Positions 1 to 11,888 of a stretch of 64,000 nucleotides of DNA are shown piece by piece. Source of the DNA: Vitrella brassicaformis CCMP3155 (taxonomy: Eukaryota; Protista; Chromerida); NCBI GenBank assembly GCA_001179505.1, contig CDMY01000436.1, forward strand, positions 310,001 to 374,000, written 5' to 3'. The notes below the pieces were generated by a model that was given only the letters and a program-made list of their open reading frames with translations, searched no databases and was not told the origin of the DNA. The position numbers were made by a program, and so were the translations under genes. The stretch's first letter is position 1, and every line of letters begins with the position of its first letter.

Positions 1-41
1 AGTGCAATGTCCGCCACATGTGATGCTGTGTGATGCTTGCA

Positions 42-2901
42 GACCTCGGCGCCCCTCTTGGTTGTGTGAGTTATTCTCGTGAAGGCAAGAACCTTTGTGT
101 GGGGTCGACGGAGGGCGTGAGAATCGTCGATGTGGACAACAGCCGATTGCTGCCCATTGGACACGACAAACACTCTGACAGTCAACTCGGTAAGGCCACT
201 CGATGGGGCAGTCAGCAAGGATGTTGTACGTCCTGATTTGCTGTGGTTGATTGCTTTTTTGTTTTGTTTTTTTTTTTCAGGCGGGGCCACGCTGGCCGTC
301 GCCTATTCGGCAGACAACACCACAATATGCTACGCAGCACAGGTAGAGGGAAGGCTTGCGACACAACAGTGGTCTGCCTTTGCTGCTTCCTGCAGGACCG
401 CTCTCTTCGTTCTGTGGATGTGACCCAACGGCCTTTGCGAGAGACATCTCGTGTGTATCTGGACAAGCACACCCTCACAATCACACCCGCGTCGTCAAAC
501 AAATGGATATCCGCCACTGGTGAGGCCTTCTGCACCAACGTATGTATCGCCATTCCACCTTTTATCGTTTCTTCGTGTGTGCAGGGATGAATGGGCAGCT
601 GGCGGTGTGGTCTCGCGAGTCTGGAGCGCTCCTGAATCCTCCCTGCACTCTGCATGATGGCCCGGTCATGGATGCCTGCCCTTTGTCCGAGTCTGAGGCG
701 CCAACTCTTCTGGCCACTGTGGGGGAGACGTCGGGGATGGTCATCGTCGACCTTCTCAAATCTACCGCCGTCATGACGGTAAGAGAAGGACAGGCAGCTC
801 ATGTCTCACATACGATGAGTTATCGGAGCTGATGTCTTGCTGCAGATTCCTGGTCGCTTCCATCGTGTTGCGAGCAACGGCAAGATTGTCATTGCGTGTA
901 GCAGACAGGGCGACGTCCGCATGATGTCTGCGCGCAATCCGGCGCTGTATGAGGACTTTCTCATCCCTGCTGAGGCGCTGCAGCCACCCAATGCAGCTGG
1001 GAAGAGGGAAGGGGCGATGCAACCCGTCATTCGATCGCTCGCCGTGTCAGAGGTGAAAAGGAATGCAACGAAGTGAATGCAACCATGAACACCTTCACGA
1101 TGGTTTTTTTTTGCATAGACGCTGGTGGCGATTGGCATGAAAACGGGAGAGGTTGTGTTGCTTGGTGCCGCATCGCCCGCACACGTGCAGTCAGCACACG
1201 AACCGGAGACCGAAGGTACGAAACAACCAAGGGAGGGAGGGCGACAAGGGCTTCATGCCTCCTCCAATGTGTGTGCAGGCGAGGAGGTTGTCAGCCTGCC
1301 CCCCGATGCGTCGTCGGGCACTCCCATGTCCGATCGAGTGGGCGACCTGTCCAAGACGCTCGATAGCGAGCAGGGCGGGCACGTCGACATGAGACTGAAA
1401 CTCAACCTGGTGGCTGTTTTGAAGGGTACAGCACAACACGTGACCACGTAATCTTGTCGACAATGCCGGTGTGCCGTGTTGCAGGCCACAGCAAGGACGT
1501 GACTGGCATCACTTTCTCCGGCGACGGGTGCCGCGTTGCGTCTGTCAGCCTGGACGGCAAACTGAGAGTATGGGACTGCTCTCCGCTCCTGTCGTCCCTC
1601 GCCGCGCCATCATCGGCCAGCCCAGCACTCCCTGAATGCCCTGCTGGCTCGCCCTCATTCATGTTCCGTGAGCCACTAGTGCAGCGGCGGAGGGCGAGTA
1701 GCGGTGCCGCTGGTGGCGGGCAGCGTGAGCCCCGTGCCCAGTCCAGACAGGGGGCATCGCGACGGACATCCTCTCACTCGTAGGCAATTCACTCGGAACG
1801 TGGCATCTCTACTTGAGACTACCTCTATTTCTATTTCTCTCAGCCGTCCACGCGGATCGTCGCCTCCCCGGAGCGTGTCTCCGTCAGGAGGGAGCCGCAA
1901 GGCGCCACCGCCAGGCAGAGACCGCTCGCCCACATCAGCCCAGCGGCAGTCGCCTAAGTCTCCCTCACTCAAGGGCCCTCCGCTCCCGCAGGAGCAGCCG
2001 GGCGACAAGATGTGGCACGATCGATTTCATCTCACGTCCTCCAAGGGAAACGATGGGAGACCCGTGTGCATGAGGTGAGCAACCGAGAGGACACTGCTTT
2101 GGATGGTTGATTTGGGGGATGTGTGTCTTCTCTCCCTTTGCAGGGATTACTTCGGTCATCCTAAGGCGGCCCCGCCTGAGCACCGCACGTTGCCCTCTGA
2201 GGTGTCGCCCAGCGACCGGCCGACCACCACGCACGTCCTCACCCGCTCAGGCAGCGTACAGCCGGCACACTTCGCTAAGACATCACAGGGGCTGCTCAGC
2301 CCGCCCGGCTCACCCGTGCACGGCCAGCCGGTGCCCAAGCTCGGTAGATCCAATACCGCCGGCCAGCTGCACCACGAGATTCAGAGGGGCACACTAAGCA
2401 GCTCGGGCAGCCACTTCTTGCAGCACATATCTACTGTGGCGGACGATCGGCCCACCGCGCCGTTCGGGACGCCAGCCGAGTATTGGAAGCGGTACCAGGG
2501 CAGTGATGACATGTCCTCTCGGATGCAGATCAGACGGTGAGATCCACAGCCGCGAGAAAGGTCTTCTTTTGTGTGGGCGAATCCCATTGCCATATGGCAG
2601 GTTGGCGAGTGGGTTGACCTCTGAGGAGACCGTGCGGGAGTATTTGACCATGAACCACTCGAGACACAGACCAGGCGGCAACATGAAAGTAAGCGAGACA
2701 CGAAGAAGGAAGAAGACATGGAGTGAAGATCGGTCCGTGTGTGTGGGGCAGGACAAGACGGGCCACATCGTCAAGTGGGACAATCGCTTCCACCTCCATC
2801 CCTCCCGCGACAACGCGCACGTCAATCCTCGTCTGCGGCAGTACTTCGAGCGAGAGACACCCCTCAAGAACAGATACACCCACTGGAAGCAGTCGTGTTG
2901 A
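42..2901 (+). CDS. WD40-repeat protein with Ser/Pro-rich C-terminal region (multi-exon; 5' end lies upstream of the window)
   Basis: Exons joined at GT-AG sites, e.g. 42-190, 281-342, about 396-519, 1844-2074, 2144-2536, 2601-2688, 2752-2901. One clear WD40 repeat (GHSKDVTGITFSGDGCRVASVSLDGKLRVWDCS) and several degenerate ones. Frame is kept across the 1780-1843, 2075-2143 and 2537-2600 introns. Stop TGA at 2899-2901. Confidence 0.8.
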
Positions 2902-3863
2902 GGATGAACCGACATGGATGGGACGCACTCGTCGACGACCGACCGACCGGCGGTGCCTCGTTCATTCACTCATTCGTATTTGTGTCGTCCGTTGCCTGAT
3001 TATACGGTGACATTCATGCGTCGCGTGCCGTGCACCAACTGAACCCACTCGTCCAACCATTCTAGCAATACAGCAAAACAAACGGTTTTTCAGACACGCT
3101 CAGGTCCATCACTATTATCTGCAACCTCCACCGATTTAGACGTATGCTCGAACAACCGATCGCCAGCAAAACAGCCAGTTCCTCCCTCCCTCCCTCCCTG
3201 CCTTGATACACACCAAACACTGCCGGTCTCTCTTTATCCCCCTCTCTACAGTGCCACCCTACACCCACCGCCCTTGCCAAGATTGGTCATGTGCGGTGTC
3301 GCTCGACTTACGAAACTTCAGGATATAAGATGTAGGCACCGATAGCCTAAAAACACGTGGAGACACAGGGTGTCCTGTCCTTTCTCTCTCCCTTCATCCA
3401 TCTCTTGCACACTCACCCTGTGATGGATAGGGCGACGCTGGTAGTGCCCAATGGATACGTGCTCTGCACAACTGGCTGGTTAGCTGGCTGAAAGGGTGAT
3501 CCATCCATCCATCCATCACTGTATCAATGTGTGTATGTGTTATCTGTCTGTCCGTCTGTCTGTCTGTCTGCATGTCTGCATCGAAAACACACGAATTGGC
3601 TTGGCTTCCCTATACACGCGTAGATACTCTACAGGGGCGGTGGAAACGAAACAGGCCGCCGCCACAAACAGAACATAGGAGTCAGGCATCGATGGATCGA
3701 TAACATTACAAAGTACGCACCCATCAATGTGTCAATGTGTGTATGCGTCTTTCCCCCTGTCTGTCTGTGTCGGGGTGTGTGTGTGTGTGTTTATTTCTTG
3801 ATGAGGTCGAGGAAGGGGTGGTCGTGCGAGGTGATGAGGGCCCCCTTGCGACCCCCGCCTGGT

Positions 3864-4070
3864 GTACCTGCTGGTGTGTGTGGTCCGAAGGTCATGGGCG
3901 GCGCCACGGACGACGCTGGCGCCTGCAGAGACGGGCTCGTGAGTAGTGATGACGTCCGCGGCCCCACTGCACCGGTCGATGCCCACGCACCGCCGCGGCT
4001 GGACGGGTACACAACGAGCGACTGGTCGGGCCGCCACGCCTCCACCATCGGCCGAAACACAACACTGACA
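3864..4070 (-). repeat. Diverged duplicated exon, copy 1 (paired with 4802-4987)
   Basis: Visible nucleotide similarity to 4802-4987. Minus-strand frame reads PSLQAPASSVAPP in both copies, with the differences at synonymous third positions. Both copies have a GTCAG acceptor and a CCAGCAG|GTAC donor. Confidence 0.7.
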
Positions 4071-4801
4071 GTACACACAGCAGAGGCACAACCATGGGAT
4101 GGGTGTTGCAAATCGCATTATCCATCGATCCAGCTGGCTGTCTGTCTCTTGACGTACTTGAATCCATCTGCGGCTTTCCATCGTCTATGGCATCAGCTCA
4201 CCTTTTCATTAAGTAGTGCATCTCAAGCAGGTCCGTCAGCATCTCTACGGACCCCTTGACGTGGAGGACACCTCGAACGCACCGCCTGGACCGCCGGAAG
4301 CATTGCCACAGGCGGTGAAGGAATGCCACGGGCAGACGCCAGCATCTGCCTTGGGGGGCTGGGACTGGTGTTTTCGTCAGCTACTAGAACGAACGGCACA
4401 GAGCGATGCACTTGCCACGCCATCAGGAGACTTGGAATCGGCCACACTGGGGCGTTTGCGGGCGACGCCCCCACGCCCACCGACACCATAATGCACCGCC
4501 ACTCTCAGCTGACCCCCACTAACGCTGCTGGCGTCCCCGAACGGCGATGTGGCCGTGGCCGGCGACTGATGGTGCTTGGGGGGGGTGCTGTGTTGCTTTG
4601 GGGTACATGGCCGGGGGATATGGGTACAGTGGCGGCCGGGCAGTAGCAGCACCACCGCGGCACGGGTGTGGCGGCAAAGCCCTGAACAAAAGAGCAGCGC
4701 AGACGCACAAAGAGACGCAGACAGAGACACGAACGAGAATCATCCATCACACTACCATCACACCAGCCCCCTCCCCTCCCCTCCCTGTGCGTGTACCCAC
4801 A

Positions 4802-4987
4802 GTACCTGCTGGTGTGTGTGATCCGAACATTCAGGGTGGAGCCACAGATGAAGCCGGCGCCTGCAGAGACGGGCCAATACGGAGCGATGAGTTGGGAGGC
4901 TGCACAACACCGCTCGCTCCCGACACACTGCCGTGGCTGGACTTGGACTGCGACGCCTCCAGCATCGGCCGAGATGTAACACTGACA
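4802..4987 (-). repeat. Diverged duplicated exon, copy 2, with an in-frame TGA
   Basis: Same flanking splice sites as copy 1, but CCC-TGA follows VAPP where copy 1 has CCC-ATG. Confidence 0.65.
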
Positions 4988-5569
4988 CGCAGCAGAGACA
5001 ACCACCAATCATACGCCCGCGCATGTGCTGTGCTGTGCTGTGCTGCAATGCAGGTTCCGTTCCACCCATCTATCTAGCTGGCTGTGTCTTTCGGGTGACT
5101 GGCTGGCTGACGTACGGTACGGTACGCACTTAAAGGTCGGTCAGCTTGGATGGGTCTTCTGAGCCACCAGCTGCCGTGGCCTTGTTGACACCGACGACTA
5201 CAACTGATTCCTTGCTCAAGAGACACAACCAAATGAATTCGAAAGGACCCGTGGCTGTTCCTCTTTACATACTGACCTGCGGGGCCCTTGGCCCGTAGCG
5301 TTGGGCAGCAGGCGTCGACAGGGTTTTCGGCCTCCTCCACATGTCTACAATTTGACAATAACAAATTGAGCTCAATGCCTACCTGTCTGTGCGCCTCCGT
5401 CCGCGAGAATCGGAAGAAGAGACCCCAGAATATAAAATGTAGACAACGATTGCCAGGCCCCGCCCGCCTGCACACAGACAAGTATCTCAGTACTGTACAT
5501 GTCTCTGTCTTCTTCTGAGCGGCAGCACACCTTCCGCCATTGATTCCTTTATCTGACGACACAGAAGAG

Positions 5570-7420
5570 GTGACCCAGACAGCCTCAGCCGTGGTGTGTG
5601 TACTGCGTCCATGTGGTGACTGAGGTGCATACGCATTGAGTGGGGGCGAGGGCGGGTGGATAGCCTCCAGCTCGACGGCAACCGCACTCGCACTGTCGCT
5701 GCTGCTCGGGTCGGAGTGCACATGCTGGCCCTCAGTCGCCTCCTCTCCCTTCTCAGGAACCTCAACCACCTGCATGGCACACAGACAGACAGACAGACAG
5801 ATTACATGTACGTATGTTATCCGTGCCGGCCGATGTGATGTGTCCGTCCGTCCATGCATCACTTAGACGGCCTGCTTCTCTGTGTGTGTGCAACCTGCCT
5901 CATTTACCATTTGATGAATCACAGTGTCGGTGTCGCTGGGCGTGTCGTCAGCCACCTCGCCCTCTCCCTCTCCCTCGGCCGCAGCAGCACCGACCTCTCC
6001 GTCCTCTACGACCGCGGATGCCCCCTGCTCGGCCTCTCCCTGGGGCTCTTCTGCAGACGTCTCGGCGTCCTGTGGCTGGGCTGCCGGGTCTGCGATGGTG
6101 GCTGTGGGCTCGCCCTGGTCGGCGATCTCCTCCTGCTGTGGAGGCTGCTGGTCGGGCTCGTGGATGATCAGAGTGGTCTTGTGGAGGGTGGTGAGATCGG
6201 CCGGGACTTGAACCATACCCTGCAATTCCATCCCAGTGACCGTTCTTCCTGACTGACTGACCATTGTCATGGGGCTGTAGTGCTCCTCGAGCGACGGTGA
6301 CCACGTGACGTCGCCGACGCGCTTGGTGAGGCGGGGTATCATGAGCCAGTCGCGATCCGTGGCGGACACATCCAGACCAAACACTGTGGGCTGGCACAAC
6401 TGCAGGGACACACGCGAAAGATGAGATGCACCAGTGCTTATATTTACACGCACCCACGGTGTGTGTGACATGACTTGACAGCTTCGATCTGCCTCGCTGG
6501 CTCGCCACAAATGCATAGCTGTCTGTCTGTCTGTCTGTCTGTCTGTGCATATAATATGTACCTCCCTACCTTCAGAATGAGGTCGCTGAAGTGAACTGTG
6601 GTGGTTGAAGTGGAAGGCGGCACCTAGCTGACGCTCATCACGTTGTCGTCGTCGTGCAACGGCTCGCTGTGGTGAACTGTGGCCAATCCGCACTCGTCCT
6701 GCAATGCAACCACACACACACCAAACCACACACCAAACCATCGATTCACATGACATGCGTGTGGGTGGGTTGTTGGAGGGGGGCTGTGCTGTGCTGTGCT
6801 GTGCTGTGCGTACATACATACATACATACATACCGCAACGGGCGCCTTGCGTCGCTCATCCTTGGCATCCCGCAACCTACACACGTGCATCCATCCATCC
6901 ATCCATCATACATATACATACATATATACAATACATATGCACCCATCCTTGTGCCCGCAGCGGTATGTATGTATGTATCACTGCACTGCTCACAGGCGGA
7001 ACGCGCGACGCTCGAGTGCGCGCATCATTCCGTCGACGAGGAACTGGGGCCCAGCTGATTGAGCAAGACAAGAGACACAACGCACGCAGAGCACAACGCC
7101 CGATGCATGCATGCAGAGAAAGTGTTGTGTTGGGTTGGATTACACACATCTTATCAATCATCTGCCCTTCCTTCGTGTACGTCTGTCGCTCTCACCACGC
7201 CAGTAGATGTACCGCCGCAGGTCGTCATGAGCTTCCACGTATATCCACGTCAGGTAGCTCACCTTGGCCTGCTCCTGTGGTGTCAGCTCGAGCCTCCTCT
7301 TCCCTCGCGACCTCTCCCTCATATCCCTCGTAACCCCTCGTTCGATGCCTGCAAGAAATGCACCACAGCACAGACGGTGGCGGTGAGGGGTGGCGGTGGG
7401 TGCGTCTACAGGGCTCTCCT
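5570..7420 (-). CDS. Hypothetical protein segment paralogous to the 8.8-11.5 kb kinase-like locus (no clear kinase motifs; may be degenerate)
   Basis: Shares exons with that locus: LTPQEQAKVSYLTWIYVEAHDDLRRYIYWRGE resembles LTPLQLAQAKYITHIHVEFEASLRRCVYGPGE (about 11.4 kb); GPQFLVDGMMRALERRAFRL resembles GVRVFMYSMMRARQRQAFRL (about 11.25 kb); DTPSDTDTVIHQM resembles DTLSDTDTVIHHM (about 9.2 kb). Also has an acidic Glu/Ala-rich exon at about 5915-6230. Confidence 0.45.
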
Positions 7421-7861
7421 GGAAACATAAGCGACAAATATCAGATGACTTGAGCGGTGTGTTCCTGTATGTGCGTCCGTGGATGCCTCACTCACCACGT
7501 GGTAGATGACAGTGTCGGCATCGCTGAGCGTCTCATCAAACTCCTGTACACAGCCAACAGACACGTCGCATGACATCCCTGCCTTACCAGATGGATTTCG
7601 TCTGCAGCAGGCGCCTCCTCGGCCGACTCAACGGGAACATTTCCAGCGCCCAAACACGTGCAAGTCTTTCCACAAACACAGCAGTAGCACAGCATGTTTG
7701 TCGTGTACCATATGTCTGCTTGCGTACCCGCCGTGTGTGTGTCAGGTCGACACCCCTAAACACGAACACCTGGGTGCCACTGATCAGTGCAGAGTGTCTG
7801 AATTACATCCCCACACCAAGGGACGAATGCCTTTGGAATGCAGTGTGTTGTGTTGTGATGT

Positions 7862-8405
7862 GATGTGTTGTGTTGTGTTCGTGTGGTGTGTACCCATATC
7901 TAGGACAGGGCGTGTTGGCTCTCGGCAGTATCTTGAACCACTCGTTCGAAGATACATCGTCTTCGTAGAGATCCGCCAATGTCTCGGGACCCTTGCAGCC
8001 ACCGTACACATACCTGCAGACGCGACACATAACAGTTCATTCCATTTTCTCCCCCACTCGTACGTCTACCGTATCTCACCAGGTCCGCGGAGGAAGCGTC
8101 GGAATGCAAGATACAAAGCTCAATGATATAAAATGTAGGCACCGATTGCCTGGAGACACACGGAGACACAGAGTGGCCCAGTCTCATCTCGTTCATCTTT
8201 ATGTCGCTACAGGCTCTTCTGCGGGCATCTCGCCCTCCTGTGGCTCGCCCGGGAGCTGCTGGTCTGGCGGGTCTGTGTCGGTGGCGGTGCCGGCGAGCTC
8301 TATCATCCCGTATCCCCTCCTTCTACATTCCTCGATCATCCTTTCGACGTCTTCTATCGTGCCCAGGTCCTCTTCATCTCCCACTATGGCCACTCGTGAG
8401 CTGTT
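7862..8405. repeat. Segmental duplication block A, copy 1 (matches 10461-11004, offset 2599)
   Basis: Near-identical sequence with only a handful of substitutions by eye. The ORF track shows twin ORFs at the same 2599 offset (7900/10499, 7993/10592, 8201/10800). Confidence 0.95.
8125..8160. repeat. Short dispersed element TATAAAATGTAGGCACCGATTGCCTGGAGACAC (copies also at about 3322, 5431, 8756, 10724)
   Basis: Three near-identical copies and two diverged ones. AGGCA...TGCCT forms an internal inverted repeat. Confidence 0.75.
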
Positions 8406-8422
8406 GTCTGGTGTTGTCGTAT

Positions 8423-8687
8423 GCCGCCCACAGCACCTCGGGCGCACAGTAGGACCACGTCCCCTGAATGTGTCAAAGAGGGGAGGGGTGATGAGAGAAG
8501 ACACATACAGATGGATGGATGGATGGATGATGGTCGTACTGACCTGCAAGTCGTTCGCTCGCACGGTGTGCTCTCGCCCATTGGCCTGGACCTTATACCG
8601 CTTTAAGTGGCCGAAGTCGCAGAGCTGACCCAAAGGAACGCCACACGCACACCACATCACCACATCAACACACATCGACAGAACCCA
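8423..8687. repeat. Segmental duplication block B, copy 1 (matches 9814-10078, offset 1391)
   Basis: Near-identical sequence. Twin ORF ends at 8628/10019 show the same offset. Confidence 0.95.
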
Positions 8688-8829
8688 CTCGTACGTCCAC
8701 CGTATCTTACCAGGTACGTTAAGGAAGCGTCGGAATGCAAGATGCAAAGCTCAATGGTATAAAATGTAGGCACCGATTGCCTGGAGACACATCAAGAAAC
8801 AAGACAGATGGAATGTGTGTGTGTACGTC

Positions 8830-11524
8830 CCCCTCACTCACTAGCTGTGCCTCTAGTGCATTCCTCATCTTCGCCGCCGCCCGCCTCTCTTGCCGCCGTG
8901 TCGCCCTCTCCTCCCGCTCCCTCTCGGCCCGCTCTCGCTGCTCCGCCTTCCATTCGATAGCCTCCTGCAGTCGGCGGTCCCTCCTCCTCGCCTTCCTGCG
9001 CTGCCTCTTCTCCCTCTCCTTCTCCCTCTTGGCAGCCGCTGGCTGGCGTGGCGGGTGTGCGATGTGGATGGCGGTGGCGGTGCGTGCGAATGGACGGCTC
9101 TCCTGCACACATATATAAACAACAGAGGTCAGGTGACTTTGGCGGTGTGCTTCTGTGTCCGTTTGTGGATGCCTCACTCACCATGTGGTGGATGACAGTG
9201 TCGGTATCGCTGAGCGTGTCAGCAGCCGACTCAAACACCTGCACACAGCCAACAGACACTTTAAATGACATCCCTGCCGATATGTGTGTGCTGGGCGTTT
9301 CTCTCCCTCACCAGGTGCCAAGAGACACACGGAGACCTGGAAGATTCCGGCCATCCAAGAATCCCTGGCGATGACCTCGAATGTCGCTCGAAAGGAGGGC
9401 TGCTTATGGAGCACCTTGTCGAGGAGCTCGTAGATGTCGTCCTTCTCGTCGCTGGAGAGGTGGGTGGCCCGCTGGTCGGCGTAATCCTCGTAACTGCCCT
9501 GTGCAATGGTCTGCAAACAAGCAGCACACAAGTGGCCTGCAATTATTGTGTTCCCGAATCTCCCTCTTTGCGTGTCGTTTAAATTCGGTGCGCCCACTTA
9601 CGTAATGCTTGCCTTCCAGTTCCCCGAATGGGAAGGTGCCGAAGAGCATGACGAATAGGGTGGCGCCGAGGGAGAATATGTCGCTCGGGGGGAGCTCGTA
9701 AGAGATGTAATTCTCCTGGCCAGCCAAGCGACACACACGCGATATAACATGCCCTCTGGGTGTTCGGTGTTTGTTGGTTTACAGGCGCGGTGATGGAGTT
9801 GCTGTTTTCGTGCGCCGCCCACAGCACCTCGGGCGCACAATAGGACCACGTCCCCTGAATGTGTCAAAGAGGAAAGGGGTGATGAGAGAAGACACATACA
9901 GATGGATGGATGGATGGATGATGGTCGTACTGACCTGCAAGTCGTTCGCTCGCACGGTGTGCTCTCGCCCATTGGCCTGGACCTTATACCGCTTTAAGTG
10001 GCCGAAGTCGCAGAGCTGACCCAAAGGAACGCCACACGCACACCACATCACCACATCAACACACATCGACAGAACCCATGCCCCCTGTGCTGTGCTGTGC
10101 TGTGTGTGTGTGTGGTGGGTGAGCAGCCATCTTACCTTCAGTGTCAGCTGGTGGGGGCTGCTGGCCGCTGCGCTGGGGAGGCTGGAGGAGGATGACGCCG
10201 ACGGGCTGGCCTGGGGGGTCTTCTGCCGCTGCTGCTCACCCGCAGTGGCGCTGTCTGACGCCTCGCGAAACAGCAGGCAGTTCTCGGGCTTGATGTCTGA
10301 CAGACAGAGACACACATACATATCGATGGATGGATGGATGGATGGATGAGGGAAGAGGGGTGAGGGGTGAAGGTACTTACCTCTGTGTGCCACGCCGTGA
10401 ATGCATTGTGTTGTGTTCTGTCTTACCTCTGTGTGCCACGCCGTGAATGCATTGTGTTGTGTTCTGTTGTGTTGTGTTCGTGTGGTGTGTACCCATACCT
10501 AGGACAGGGCGTGTTGGCTCTTGGCAGTATCTTGAACCACTCGTTCGAAGATACATCGTCTTCGTAGAGATCCGCTAATGTCTCGGGACCCTTGCAGCCA
10601 CCGTACACATACCTGCAGACGCGACACATAACACTTCATTCCATTTTCTCCCCCACTCGTACGTCTACCGTATCTCACCAGGTCCGCGGAGGAAGCGTCG
10701 GAATGCAAGATACAAAGCTCAATGATATAAAATGTAGGCACCGATTGCCTGGAGACACACGGAGACACAGAGTGGCCCAGTCTCATCTCGTTCATCTTTA
10801 TGTCGCTACAGGCTCTTCTGCGGGCATCTCGCCCTCCTGTGGCTCGCCCGGGAGCTGCTGGTCTGGCGGGTCTGTGTCGGTGGCGGTGCCGGCGAGCTCT
10901 ATCATCCCGTATCCCCTCCTCCTACATTCCTCGATCATCCTTTCGACGTCTTCTATCGTGCCCAGGTCGTCGTCGTCCCCTACTATGGCGACTCGTGAGC
11001 TGTCGTCCGGCGGAAGGGGAGCGGGTCGTCATCACCCACTTTTTTCACTGCAGTTTCAGGGAGCACCCAGGTGCCGACGTCGTCTCCTGTGTGGTGGGGC
11101 GGCGCAGCGGACCTGTGGCCTTCAGACTGCATGCATATACACAGCGTACAGGGCAACATACCACACACACATACGCATCCATCGATGTCTGCGTGGCGGT
11201 ATCTCTGCTCACAGGCGGAATGCTTGTCGCTGCCGGGCTCGCATCATAGAGTACATGAACACGCGCACGCCAACTGATCGCGCGAAAGAAATGGACAGCA
11301 CACGGCATCGTGCTTAGTTCGCACTCGCCTGGCACCACTCGTGCGCATGCATGTTGCTTCTCACCCGGTCCATACACACATCGGCGGAGGGAGGCCTCGA
11401 ACTCTACATGAATGTGGGTGATGTACTTGGCTTGCGCCAGCTGCAGAGGGGTCAGTGGCTTGTTCTTCTTCGATTTCCTCTTCAGGTCCGCCACAACATT
11501 CCTCTCAACTTCTGCAAGAGGCAC
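8830..11524 (-). CDS. Ser/Thr protein kinase-like gene (possibly pseudogenised or a pseudokinase)
   Basis: Spliced exons give HGVAHR|DIKPENCLL, LCDFG, GTWSYCAPEV, SDIFSLGATLFVMLFGTFPF and ...VLHKQPSFRATFEVIARDSW (subdomains VIb-XI). These are followed by a SDTDTVIH exon and a charged Arg/Glu exon. I could not join the N-lobe exons in frame and saw no GxGxxG loop. Confidence 0.65.
10376..10467. repeat. Perfect 46-bp tandem duplication containing the HGVAHR micro-exon and its donor site
   Basis: CTTACCTCTGTGTGCCACGCCGTGAATGCATTGTGTTGTGTTCTGT occurs at 10376-10421 and 10422-10467. Confidence 0.9.
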
Positions 11525-11888
11525 AACACATTCTCAACATGGTTCAGTTGATGCGGCGCGCGTCATGTCAGAATGTTAGCTGGTAGTGCTGTGTATACTT
11601 TTCGTCAAGCGCCTCGTGCGTTCCATCTCGCTCAGCATTCCTGGGCGGTCCATCTCGCTCGTCTGGGAGGTTTCTTTTGTGTCCATCATATCCGACGAAG
11701 ATGTATGCAGTGGTGCCGTGCAGCACCATGCTGTGGTCAGTGCGGGGGCGGCGCTCATCGGCAGCGGGCGATCTCGGCAGCGGGCGATGTCGAACACGTG
11801 CACGTCGTTGAAGGCTAGCACGTGCTGTGGATTAAGTGTTGAGGGAGGAGGACGTCGTATGTTTCCAAACGAAGTTTAAACTACATGT

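Larger units (their letters stand above)
7490..8690 (-). pseudogene. Rearranged partial duplicate of the kinase locus
   Basis: Contains near-identical copies of the DFG exon (LCDFGHLKRY) and the APE exon (GTWSYCAPEVLWAA), plus the block found at 10461-11004, in permuted order. Lacks the HRD/DIKPEN exons and subdomains IX-XI. Confidence 0.6.

Noticed and set aside
1668-1684. Possible 17-nt micro-intron (GTGAGC...GCAG) in the WD40 gene
   Set aside because: Removing it breaks the frame. The 1780-1843 intron already joins the exons correctly.
3359-3378. CAGGGTGTCC resembling a Tc1/mariner terminal repeat
   Set aside because: There is no TA target site, no matching inverted partner and no transposase nearby.
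3729-5077. Plus-strand ORFs (176 aa each) with similar translations (VPAGVC..GGATD.AGACRDG)
   Set aside because: The splice sites and the fully synonymous substitution pattern support the minus strand. The plus-strand similarity is a by-product.
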